Assembly (NCBI RefSeq): GCF_963921235.1
Contig: NC_086097.1
Location: 183,770,001 to 183,834,000, forward strand
From: Mobula hypostoma
Lineage: Eukaryota
Reading direction: 5' to 3'
DNA length: 64,000 nt
The notes under the pieces are model-generated. The model was given only the letters and a program-made list of their open reading frames with translations, did not search any database and was not told where the DNA came from. Position 1 is the stretch's first letter; every line of letters starts with the position of its first letter. A program made the translations under genes and the position numbers. Below, piece by piece: positions 37,412-49,657 of this stretch.

Positions 37412-38816
37412 TGTGTTGCCATTAAGGCATTGATTTAACTTTATTAAATTTCTGCTTTAAATAATTTGTTTGTAACTATTTTCTAGTTAAAGTTAAAGGT
37501 TGATAACTACGTTACAGTTTAGATAGATAGATAGATAGATATACTTTATTAATCCCGAGGGAAATTGGGTTTCGTTACAGCTGCACCAACCAATAATAGA
37601 GCATAAATATAGCAATATAAAAACCACAAACAATCAAACAACAAAATGCAAACTATGCCAGATGGAAATAAGTCCAGGACCAGCCTATTGGCTCAGGGTG
37701 TCTGACCCTCTATGGGAGGAGCTGCACGTTCGATGGCCACAGGCAGGAACGACCTCCCGTGCCGCCCAGTGTTGTATCACGGTGGAATGTGGCTGAAGTC
37801 CAACAGTAAAAAGTTCAATATCCAGTCTACTAACACGTTCCTCGATCGTAATATGACCCGGATGGCACCATCCGTTGTTAACCAGAACAGTAAACACCCA
37901 ACTCCTTTACGCTTACCGCTCTCAGTGCACTTCCGGTCAGCCTGAACGGTCTGGAAGCCATCCATGGAAAAGATTTGATCAGGTATGTCCTCGTGCAGCC
38001 CCGTTCCAGTAAAACACATAACACTGCACTCCCGAAATGTTTTCTGACGCCTGGCCAGCACCGTGAACTCGTCCATTTTATTACCGACCGAACTCCTCTT
38101 CTCCATAAGTCTCTGTTGTCTCGACCCGGTCCTCTTTCCTCACCTTCGTGATCCCCCTCTGCATCCTCTGTGTGTTTTCCTCCAGATTTCAGCAGGGGTG
38201 TCCGCCGCTCTGCTCGGTAAACCAGCCGGCATAAGCTCAATCAGCTGGTCCCTGGAATAAACAAATTCATCGTCTATGGTATATCGCGGCATGAGATGAC
38301 ATCATCTCAGGTTTCACCGCATCTTGTGGGTAACTCCTGGTTCAGAGAAAGAGAAAAGGTGGGGTCCTGCACGTGCAGCGGGAATGTGAAAAGCTCCATT
38401 TCTACCCACAAAGAAACATTATAGAAGCAATGCCGTAAGCTCATATGACGGTAGACATGTTGAAGTAAGAATATTAACGTGGTTTCTGTTAAGGGAAGCA
38501 ACAGTTGGAGCAGTGTACATGGCAGATTTTCAGTTTCAAACGCGGGGTCGGCTCGAGCCCGGCGGCAGTTTGACGTGACCCGCTCCCTCCCCTGGGCGGC
38601 TGGAGACGCTCGCTAAAAGAAGAGAGCGCGTGTGGTCTCCAGAATGAAACAGACGCTGTATATGTTTGTATTTTTTTATCAACAGTTTTCACCATACGAT
38701 GTTAATGTGGAAGAGTGAACAGTAAATGGTTAACCTTACTACGACTCTGCCTTCATCGGCTCCAGTTTAATTTGGTGTTTAGTCAGAGTTTCAGCACACT
38801 GCACAAGAACACTACA
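37412..38816 (+). repeat. BEL/Pao 3' LTR, interrupted at 37521-38258
   Basis: Homologous to 30780-31433; followed by TSD GTTAC. Confidence 0.93.
37521..38258 (-). mobile_element. Internally deleted Rex1/Babar element (5' region and EN start fused to the 3' end)
   Basis: (GATA)n tail; 3' end homologous to 20340-20590; ORF 37777..38106 encodes the APE N-terminus (NKMDEF..ECSVMCFT..DGFQTVQADR..SGKRKG). Confidence 0.85.
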
Positions 38817-40589
38817 GTTACTCCAGATCTGACGCAGCACACAAACAACAGTATATAAAGAACAGAATAAGTGTTAATGCATAAGATAGTTTGTATACAT
38901 AGATTGATTCTGTCCATAAAACAACACTAGACACTAGAATGTCTGTACATGAAGTGAATCTGACAGGAAATGATAAAGTAGTGATGGTGGGGGGGGGGGT
39001 TGTGGAGGGGTAGACTGTGGGTTAGTTGGGTGGAGGTGTTAATCAAACTTAATACTTGGGGAAAGTAATTGTTCTTGAGTCTAGTGGTCCTGGCATGAAT
39101 GCTACTTAGCCTCCTCCTTGATGGGAATGGTTCCCATTACTATAAATGGCATTTTCTAATAAAACTTATGACAGAGGCCTTCTCTACATACTCTCAAGCC
39201 ATTGACAAGAGTGAAATATCATTTTCCTTCATCTTCTCTCCATTGCCAATTGTCCATGTTCTTCTGTTTCCTACCAGTACATCATTACCTTTAATATTCA
39301 CAATGATGAAAGGAGCATCATTGACTGAGCAGACATCCATGCGGGGCACCAGAGTAATAATGTGGGAGTAGGATCAATGCCATTGCAGCTAGAGCATATA
39401 CATGAAGTGGAAATAGGTGTCCACCCGACAAGGACTGCTCAGTCAATAAATCCTGTGCATTTCATTTGCAGACCTGCTGGAGTTTTTCAGTAAGTTCATT
39501 CTCATTACCTTCTTAAATACCTCAGTGTTAAATTTATACTGTCAAAAACTTCTGTGAGATTTTGTGAGGTGTATCAGGGAATTAATGTTGCTACAGAAAT
39601 ATATGTTGTTGTTAATTTCCAGTGGTTTCCAGCATAGCAGAGATATGCTTGCATACCAAGAAATAAGATGGAGGGGAACAGATTTGACAAACTTAACTTT
39701 CAGACTATGTAAAAGGGAATGATTTTTGAAGGTGGGATAAACTATCTTTGTTACATTGTTTTGGAATATCTGAATTTCCCTCAGTGTAACTATAGAGCTT
39801 TAGCTCGTGAATTGTTTCTAACTCGCAATAATAAAAGGTATCAGCCAAGACCATGAATAGTCAGAAAATACATGGATGTTTTTAAGAGTCTCAATGATTG
39901 TTACTATAATAAGATCAAGATAAGATCTGAAATGCTAACATAGAGAATTTAAAAAGGTGAATGAGAAAATGATTTATCAAATTTTATGTCACATTGGAAA
40001 GTGCTATGAAGTTGCTCTTCTGCATGTGTCAAGGCATTCTTCAGTTCTGTAGCTGTGCAGTGCAGGTCAGGTGCATCTGACCTCAGAGCCCGTGTTTGAA
40101 CTGAGATGATAAATACACTTCCCTTCCACAGCAGGCATATTCATTTGAATGTGGTTCCAAACTGCATGGAAAAACTAAGTCGTAGAGTCATAGATGGAGC
40201 CAAGTAGACACAGGCCCATCAACCCACAAATCACCAAGCACTTATATTTATAAGATCTCACCCAGTTCATTCTACCTGAGAATGTTCTCATCTCCTGTGG
40301 ATTCTACTATTCAACTGCACACTGGGAACAATTTACTGCAGTCATTTAGCTGTGGGATATAACCAGGACAACTAGCAGATCACAAGGAGAACACAGACAA
40401 GATCCAAAGTCAGGATTGAAATTAAGATTGAGTTTAATACTAATGAAAATACTTATGAATTAACTGAACTGACCTGAAATGAAATGACACTTCCAAGAGT
40501 GATTTGGGGATAATCCATCAACTTTGGATAAGATTTCATTTGTTGGAGTTGTGATACAGATAAAAAGCTGCAGCTTTTTACTTGGAATG

Positions 40590-43500
40590 ATAAGACCATA
40601 AGACCATCAGAAATAGGAGTAGAATTAGGTCATTTGGCCATCAAGTCTGCTCTGCCATTCGTCACAGCTGATCCATTTCCCTTTCAGCCCCAATCTCCTG
40701 CCTTCTCCTTGTACCCTTTTATGCCCTGACTAATCAAGAATCTATCAGCCTCTGCCTTAAATATACCCAGTGACTTGACCTCCACAGCTGCCTGTGGCGA
40801 TGAATTCCACAGATTCACCACTCTCTTGCTAAAAAAATTCTACCTAATTTCCATTTGAAATGGACGTCCCCCTATTCTGAGGCTGTGTACTGTGGAGAGT
40901 ATTCTGACAGGCTGCATCACTGTTTGGTATGGGGTGGGGGGGAAGGGGCTACTGCACAGGACCAAAAGAAGCTGTGGAGGATTGTAAATCTAGTCGGCTC
41001 CATCTTGAGTACTAGCCTACAAAGTATCCAGGATATTTTCAGGGAGTGGTGTCTCAGAAAGGCAGTGCTCATTACTAAGGACCTCCAGCACCCAGGGTAT
41101 TCCCTTTTCTTACTGTTACCATCAGGTAGGAGGTACAGAAGCCTGAAGGCACACACTCAGCAATTCAGGAACTGTTTCTTCCCCTCTGCCATCGGATTCC
41201 TAAATGAACATTGAATCTTTGGACACTACCTCACTTCTTTTAATATACTGTATTTCTGTTTTTTTGCATATTTTAAAAAATCTATTAAATATACGTATTC
41301 TGTAATTGATTTACTTGTTTCTTATTATAATTATTATTTGTTTTTTTTCCCTTCTATATTATGTATTGCATTGAACTGCTGCTGCTAAGTTAACAAATTT
41401 CACGTCACATGCCGTGATAATAAAACTGATTCTGATTCTGATTCTGGTCTTAGACTGCCCCATCGTAGGAAATATCCTCCCCATATCCAGTCTATCGAGG
41501 CTTTTCAACATTCAGTGGGTTTCAATGAGATACCCCCTGATTCTTCTGAATTACAGTGAATATAGGTCTACAGCCATCAAATGTCCCTCATATGATAAGC
41601 CTTTTAATCGTGGAGTCATGTTTGTGACCTCATTTGAAACTTCTACAATGTCAGCACATGCTTTCCTAGATGAGGGGCCAAAACTGCTCACAGTACTCCA
41701 AGCGAGGCATCACCAGTGCCTTATAAAGCCTTAGCATTGCATTCCTGCTTTTATATTCTCATCCTCTACTAATTAATGATAACATTGCATTTACCTTCCT
41801 CGCCACCGACTCAAACTGCAAATTAACCTTTACAAAACCTTGCACGAGGACAAGTCCCTTTGCACCTCAGATTTTTGGATTTTCTCTCCATTTCCTTTAC
41901 CAAACTGCATGACTATACACTTCCTAACACTGTATTCCATCTGCCACTCCTTTGCCTATTCTCCTAATCTGAGTACTACTACTACGTCGACACAGACCTT
42001 GGGGGCCAGCATCGGGCATAATCCGTGTAAGTCCTTCTTTAGTCTCTCTGCTTCCTCAACACTACCTGCCCTTGCACCTATCTTCATATTGTCTGCAAAC
42101 TTGGCTACAAAGCAATCAATTCCATCATCCAAATCATTGACATATGATGTAGAAAGAAGTGACCCCACAACAAACACCTGTGGAACACCACTAGCCACTG
42201 ACAGCCAACCAGAAAATTCTCCCTGTATTCCCACTCTTTGCCTCCTGCCAATCAGCCAGTGCTCTATACGTGCTAGTATCTTTCCTATAATACCATGGGC
42301 TCTTAGCTTGTTAAGGAACCTCATGTGTGGAGCCTTTCAAAGGTCTTCTGAATATTCAAATACACAATATTAACTGAGTCTCCTTTGTCTATCCTGCTTG
42401 TTATTTCTTCAAAGAATTCCAACAAATTTGTCAGGCAAGATTTTCTCTGAAGGAAACCATGCTGACTTCAGCCTATTTTATCATGTGCCTCCAAGTACCC
42501 TGAAACAACAGCCTTTACAAACTACTCCAGCATCTTCCCAACCACAGAAGTCAGATGATCTGGCCTATAATTTCCTTTATTCTGCCTCTCTCACTTCTGG
42601 AAAAGTGGAGTGACATTTGCTATTTTCCAGTCTACTGGACATCTGATCGAGGTGACTTATTTATCTTCAGACCTTTCAGTTTCCCCATCACTTTCTTCCA
42701 AGTAATGGCTACTTCATTCACTTCTGCTCCCTGACACTCTCAAATTTCCAGTATATTACTAATGTCTTTCACAGTGAAGACAGATGCGAAATACTTATTC
42801 AGTTCATCCACCATTTCCTAACCCCCATTACTACTTCTTCAGCATCATTTTCCAGTGGTCCATCACCCACTCTCACTTCTCTTTTGCACTTTATATGTCT
42901 GAAGAAATTTTTGGCACCCTCTTTAATATTATTGACTAGCTTGCCTTCATATTTCATCTTTTCCTTCTTTATGACTTTTTAGGAGCTTCCTATTGGTTTT
43001 TAAAAGCTTCCCAATCCTCCAACGTCCCACTAAATTTTGCCCTATCATATGCCTTCTCTTTGGCTTTTATGTTGGCTTAGACTTCTTTTGTCAGTCACAG
43101 TTGCGTACTCCTGCCTTTAGAATACTTCTTCTTCTCTGAGATGTATCTACCCTATGCCTTCCAAATTGTTCCCATAAACTCCAGCCATTGCTACTCTGCC
43201 ATCATCCCTGCTAGTATTCCCTTCCAATCAACTTTGGCCAGCTCATCTCTCATGCCTCTATAATTCCTTTTACTTCACTGTAATATTGATACATCTAACT
43301 TCATCTTCTCCTTCTCAAATTGCAGGGTGAATACTATCATAAAATAACCACTAGGAGTTCCTTTACCTTAAGATTTCTTATCAGTTCCGTTCATTGCAAA
43401 ACACCCAGTGCAGAATAACAGATCCCATAGTGGGCTCAACCACAAGATGTTCTAAAAAACCATCTTCTAAGCATTCTACAAATTCCCCCCTTGGGATCTA

Positions 43501-43760
43501 ATTTCCCAAAATACCTGCATATTGAAATCCCCCATGACTATCATAAATTGCATTTTATATCTCCTGTTGTAATACATAAGGCACATTTCTTCTGCTGTGT
43601 GAAGGTCTGTATACAACTCTCACATCAGGGTATTTTTGCCCTTGTAGTGTCTTAGTTCTAGCCACAATGATCCTACACTTTCTGATCCTATGTCACCTCT
43701 TTCTAATGATTTGATTTCAATTTTTACCAACAGAGTCACACCTCCCCCTCTGCCTACCTG
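40590..43760 (-). mobile_element. Older CR1 LINE ORF2, interrupted by Rex1/Babar (40884-41443) and a ~50-bp insert (~41972-42020)
   Basis: ORF 41956..42324 carries RT motifs (SGVPQ, KFADN); CR1 3' end at ~40600; EN remnants at ~43500-43760. Confidence 0.85.
40884..41443 (+). mobile_element. Rex1/Babar 3' fragment
   Basis: ESILTGCITVW and LFLLLPSGRRYRSLKAHTQQFRNCFFPSAI motifs; AATAAA followed by an (ATTCTG)n tail. Confidence 0.9.
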
Positions 43761-44819
43761 TCATGATATATTGAATGAGAGGCCAGATGAGACACTAGTA
43801 GTTTATTTCCAATACAGAGTAAGTGTAATATATGGTTCTGATTCACGGTTTTTAAAAAAAATTAAGTCTTTCAATGTGAAATCACTAGATAATTAAAATC
43901 ATCTGCTTTGATAGATATATTTAGATGGAAAACATTTCACTGTTCACTTCACCTGTGGTTCATATGTTTCCAGATTCTTAGCAAAGTTTTTCAAAGAATC
44001 ATATATTTTCATTCAGTATTTTATAGCTGCTCTATTTAAGAATCAGTCTTGCACTGCTGAAGGTTAAATATATAGGGATGTCAAAACATGATGAACCATG
44101 CAGCCAATCTGTCCTGTTTCATTACTCAGGGTTTGTATGAGCATTTTATTGGTGCCATGTCCACTTGATATTGATTCAGAAAGAGAAGTAATTCCTTATT
44201 AAATAATTAATGTTCTGCAATTTATTTTAATTATTAATAAATTTCCCTGGAATTTTTGAGTTCATTTTCCAAACATTAACTAAGTCGAAATTTGGGTTGA
44301 AACAAAAGGATTAATAATTGAAGTTAGCAAAGAATTCACCTGAAGCTATCTATTGAATAAAAAGGATAAATGTTGGTCTGTTTCAACACGGAGTGCTGTG
44401 ATAATGTAGATTGCTCTTTTTGTTAATATGGTAGAAGAGATTCAGTTATAACTTTTAAAGAGAATTGACTATATACTTGAAAAAGCAAAAAATAAAATTA
44501 GGGATATGGAGAAGGACAAGAGGATTTAACTAATTGAATTGACCTTTTAAAGTGCCACGGTCAGGGCTGAATAAACATAGGAACAAAACAGGAAACAAAA
44601 AATCAGGATGAGAACAAAAAAAAGTGTCAATAAATTTTAAAAATTGAAAGTGCTTGGGTAGACAGGGATTGCAATGCAGAAAGTACAATTCAAATTCAGT
44701 TGTACATTTAAAGCAAAATGTAATTACTTCAATAGAATGTAAAATGATGCCATGTGACAACATGGAGATATTTTTGAATGCCACCAATTTTGTGCTGCAC
44801 CAAAGTTGAATGAACTCCA

Positions 44820-46780
44820 CAATAAGACCACAAAACAGAGGAGCAGAATTAGGTCATTCTGCCCATCAAATTCTCTACCAATCATGGCTGATTTATTGCT
44901 CTCTCTCAACCTCATTGGTTTGCCTTCTACCATTAACTTTGACACCCTTATTAATCAATAACCTTACAACCTATGGTTTAACTACACCCAGTGACTTGGC
45001 CTCCACAGATTCCCCATCTACTGGTTAAAGAAATTCCTCCTTATCTCTGTCCTAAAGAGATGCTCTTTTATTCTGAGTCTGTGCCCTGTGATCCTAGATT
45101 CTCCTACTAATGGAAATAGCCTCTCCACTCTATCCAGGCTTTCAGTATTTAGTAGGTTTCAATGAGATTCCCCCTCATCTTTCTAAACACTCCCCATACA
45201 TTGATTGTTTCATCCCCAGGATCATTCTCGTAACCTCCTTTGGACCCTCTCCAATCCCTTAGATACAGGGCCCAGATCTACTCACAAAACTCCAAATGTG
45301 GTCTGATCAATACCTTATAAAGCCTTAGCGTTACATGCTTACTCTTATATTCTAATCCACTTGAAATGAATGCTAACATTACAATTGCCTTCCATGCAAA
45401 ATAGTTATTCAGTTCATCCACCATTCCTTTGTACCCAGCATTATTTTCCAATGTCTACTCCTGCCTCTCTTACACTCTTTATATATCTGAAAAAAAACTC
45501 TTCATATACTTCATATTATTTGCTAGCTTACATTTTTCTCCCCTTATTGTTTTATTAGTTTCCTTTCGTTGGTGTTTTGAAAGTCTCCCAATCCTTTAGC
45601 TTCCCACTAGTTTTCACAATACTCTATACCTTCTCTTTTGCTTTATCGTTGTCTTTGAATTCCTTGTTAGCCACCATTGCCTCATCTTCCCTTCGGGATG
45701 TTTCCTTTTCTTTGGATAACCTGATCCTGCATCTTCTGAATTACTCTTAGAAGCTTCTGTTGCTCTACCATCAATCCTATTAGGATACCTTTCCAATCAG
45801 CTCCTCTCTCATGTTTCTGTAGTTATCTTTACTTCTGTATAGTCCTGATTCATCCAACTTTTGCTTCTTCCTTCCAAATTGCAGGGAATTCTTTCATTTT
45901 ATGATCACAGCCTTTTAAGGGTTCCTTTTCCTTAAGCTCCTTAAAAGTCTGGCTCATTGTACAACACCAAATCCAGAATTACCTTTTCCTGATGGGCTTA
46001 ACCATACAGCTTTAAAAAGCCATCTCATAGGCATTCTACAAATTCCTTCTTTTAGAATCCAGTGCTAATCTCATTTTCCCAGTCTATCTACATGTTGAAT
46101 TGCCCCATGACCACCATAACATTGCCTTTTCTATCTCCTGTTGTAATTTGCACCACACATGCTGGCTACTATTCAGAGGCCTGTATATAATTCCCGTTAG
46201 AGTATTTTTACCCTTGCAGGTTTTACTCTACCCACAGGGATTCTGCATTTCTGATCCTTCACCTCACTCCCTCTACCCACCTGTTTATCTTTTCAATAGA
46301 ATATGTATCTTTAAATATTTAGATCCCAGCTGTGGTCTTTCTTCAGTCATGACTCTGGGATGCCTGCAATGTACCTGCCAATTTCTAACTGCTCTCTAAT
46401 CTCATCTTGCATTGAAGTATAGCACCTTCAGTCTTGTATTTGTTTGGCTGTATTCATGGGTATTTATGTATGGTTGAATGATAATTAAACTTGAATTTGA
46501 AATTGATTTTTAAACTTTCTGTTTTTTATTAAATTCTGGAGACATTAGTAAACTTTTCTGCACTCTCTTTACCATACTTTTCTAACTTGTTGAACCCAAT
46601 ACCCTCTCTCTACTATTTAATTTAAAGCTCTATCCACAGCCCTAGTTATGCAATTCATCAGGTTTCGGGTCCCAGCACGGTTCAGGTGGAGCCTGTCCCA
46701 TTGGAACAGCTCCCTCCTTCTACAATACTGGTGCCAATGTCCTACAAATTCAAACCCACTTCTCACACACCAATTACAAA
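44820..46780 (-). mobile_element. Decayed CR1 with several internal deletions
   Basis: CR1 3' end at ~44820-45390; EN remnants ~45900-46430; ORF1 end (DRLHLNRAGT) at ~46620-46770. Confidence 0.7.
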
Positions 46781-47770
46781 CAAGAGAAACCAGCAGATGC
46801 TAGAAATCCGAACAACACACACAAAGTGCTGGAGGAACTCGGCAGGCCAGGCTGCATCTATGGAAGCGAGTAAATAGTCGATGTTTCAGGCTGAGACCCT
46901 CCGGCTGGTCTGGGAAAAAAGATGAGGAGTCACAGTAAGAAGGTGGGAGGAGGGGAGGAAGAACCACAAGGTGATAGGTAAAATCGGGGCGGGGGGGCGG
47001 GGGTGGAAGGAAGAGGTGAAATAAAGAGCTGGGAAGTTGATTGTTGAAAAAAATACGGGGCTGGAGAAGGGAGAATCTGATAGGAGAAGACAGAAGGTCT
47101 TGGAAGAAAGAAAAGGGGGAGGAGCACCAGAAGGAGGGAGGTGATAGGCTGGTAAGGAGATAAAGTGAGAGGGAAATGAGAATGGGGAATGATGAAGCAA
47201 AGGGTGGGCATTAACGGACGTTCAAGAAATCGATAATAATGCCATCAGGTTGGAGGCTACTCAGATGGAATATAAGGTGTTGCTCCTTCAACCTGAGTGG
47301 GGCCTCATTGAGATGGTAGAGGAGGCCATGGGCTGACATGTCGGAATGGGAATGGGAAGTAGAATTAAAATAGCTGGCCTCTTGGAGATCCCACTTCTTC
47401 TGGATGATGGAGCGTCGGTGCTCGGCAAAGCGGTCTCCCAATCTGTGTCAGGTGTCACCGATATACAGCAGGGCACACTGGGATCACCGGGCACATTATA
47501 TAACCCCTACAGACTCACAGGTGAAGTGTCATCTCACCTGGAAGGACTGTCTGGGACCCTGATGATACTGTCTCTTATTGGTTGATTGACTATGTAAGGC
47601 AGTATTCCAGCATGGCTCCTGCTGATAAAATAATGGGAAATCACAAATATAAGTAATGCTGGAAATCCAGAGCAGCACCCGCAAAATGCTGGAGGAACTC
47701 AACAGGGCAGGTAGCATCTATGGAGAGGACTAAACAATCAATATTTCAGGCTGAGGCCCTTCATCAATAA
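46780..47770 (-). mobile_element. Penelope-like fragments (GIY-YIG + pLTR at 46780-47565; extra pLTR end at ~47650-47770)
   Basis: ORF 47211..47441 GDRFAEHRRS...LKEQHLIFHLSSLQPDG is homologous to 35080-35314. Confidence 0.88.
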
Positions 47771-48173
47771 ATAATGGAGAATTTTCATGCAGTTACAACA
47801 AGAGTCCCTATTTCAAAATGGCTACCTCAATAATGTTTGCAATATCTGTGTGCTCTATTTGATTCTGATCTAAACCTACAATGTGTCATCCTCTCATGTG
47901 CCTACTTCCTCTTTTGTAGTATTGTCCATGTGCAGTTGACTAGTTGTTGAAACTATCATCAAAGCTTCTGTCGTCTCCCAGTTCAATAAATCTAATGCCA
48001 CGTATGTCAACTAGGTATCATTTTCTTTTTCTTCAGAATCAGAATCAAGTTTAATATCACCGGCATATGTTATGAAATTGTGAAATTTGTTGCTATGCAC
48101 AGCAGTACGTTGCAATGCATAATATTAAAGACTGAATGACAGTAAGAAGTGTGTGTGTATATATATGTTAAAT

Positions 48174-49657
48174 GACTGTGAAGAAGATGCCAAACAGGGG
48201 GCAAGCACACATCCCGCTTCACACCTCTGCAGATGTTGAAGGCCTCCGAAGAAGAGCCGTCGGACTGAACGACGCCCTTCATGTCTGTGTGGAATGACTG
48301 AACTATCCTGAGGAGTCTCAGAGGACAACCAATCCTGGCGAGGATTTTGAACAGGCCGTCTCTGCTCACAAGGTCGAAGGCCTTCGTGAGGTCAATGAAA
48401 GCGACGTAGAGTGGTTGTCTTTGCTCCCTGCATTTCTCTTGTAGCTGTCGAAGGGAGAAGTTCGTGTTGATGATCTTCGGTGTGAAGCACGGCTGTGTGC
48501 TTGCCCCCACCCTGTCTGGCATCTTCTTCGCAGTCATGCTGAAGCACGCCTTTGGAACATCAACTGATGGTGTCTACCTCCACACCAGATCGGAGGGGAG
48601 GCTGTTCAGTCTGTCCCGGCTGAGGGCAAAAACCAAGGTTCGTGAAGTACTCATCAGGGACATGTTGTTTGCAGATGATGCGGCACTGGCAACACACTCT
48701 GAAGAGCAACTGCAATGCCTCATGGACAGCTTCTCAAGAGCCTGCCAGGACTTCAGCTTGACCATCAGCCTGAAGAAAACCAACATGTTGGGCCAAGGCG
48801 TTGAGCACCGCCCTGCCATTACCTTCAACAACTATGAGCTGGAGATAGTTCATGAGTTTACATACCTTGGCTCCACCATCACGGACAGCCTCTCCCTAGA
48901 CCTCAAGACCAATAGACGGATCGGATGAGCAGCCTCAACATTCACCAGGCTGACAAAGAGAGTCTGGGAAAACAGAAAGCTGACGACGCACACCAAAGTT
49001 GCAGTCTAAAGGGCCTGCGTCCTCAGCACACTGCTTTATGGCAGCGAGACCTGGTGCCTCTACTCCAGACAAGAGCGGCGTCTCAACGCCTTCCACCTTC
49101 GCAGCCTGAGACGCATCCTGGACATCATGTGGACTGACCGAGTCACCAACAATGAGGTCCTGGCCCGCACCCAGATACCCAGCCTCTTCACCCTGCTCCA
49201 ACAACGCCGTCTCCACTGGCTGGGCCACGTACACCTCATGTCAGACGGGAGGATCCTGAAAGACCTGCTGTACGGGGAACTGGCCTCCGGCAAGAGAGCA
49301 CATGGGTGGCCCCATCTTTGTTTCAAAGACGTTTGCAAAAGAGACATGAAGTCACTGAAAATGAACGTCGAGAGGAGGGAGGACATCGCAAGCGATCGGT
49401 CTCACTGGAGACTGGAACCACGCAGAGGTCTAAAAAGAGAAGAGAAGCTGAGGCTTGCTGCTGAAGAAAAGCACACTCGTCGGAAAAACAGCACCAAGAC
49501 AACTGGAGGACAGCGCCTTCAAGTGCAGTTGCTGCAGCCGAGACTGTCACTCCCGTGTGGGACTCTACAGCCACAACAGACGCTGCTCTAACACAGACTG
49601 AGGTAAGACTTTCCAGGCGCAGATCCATGCTCTCGCGAGACTAATAGATGCCACTAC
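48174..49657 (+). mobile_element. RTE LINE, 5'-truncated with a 5' inversion
   Basis: Minus arm 48174-48465 (LRQLQEKCREQ..FIDLTKAFD); plus arm 48479-49657 (GVKHGCVLAPTL, LFADD, FTYLGS, LLYGEL); 12-bp TSD TATATGTTAAAT (48162-48173, 49658-49669). Confidence 0.93.

Larger units (their letters stand above)
30780..38816 (+). mobile_element. BEL/Pao LTR retrotransposon provirus, non-autonomous, with captured KBTBD4
   Basis: 5' LTR 30780-31433 and 3' LTR 37412-38816 (both TG...CA); 5-bp TSD GTTAC (30775-30779, 38817-38821); PPT-like AGGCGGGGAG before the 3' LTR; inserted in a Rex1/Babar tail that continues on both sides. Confidence 0.96.
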
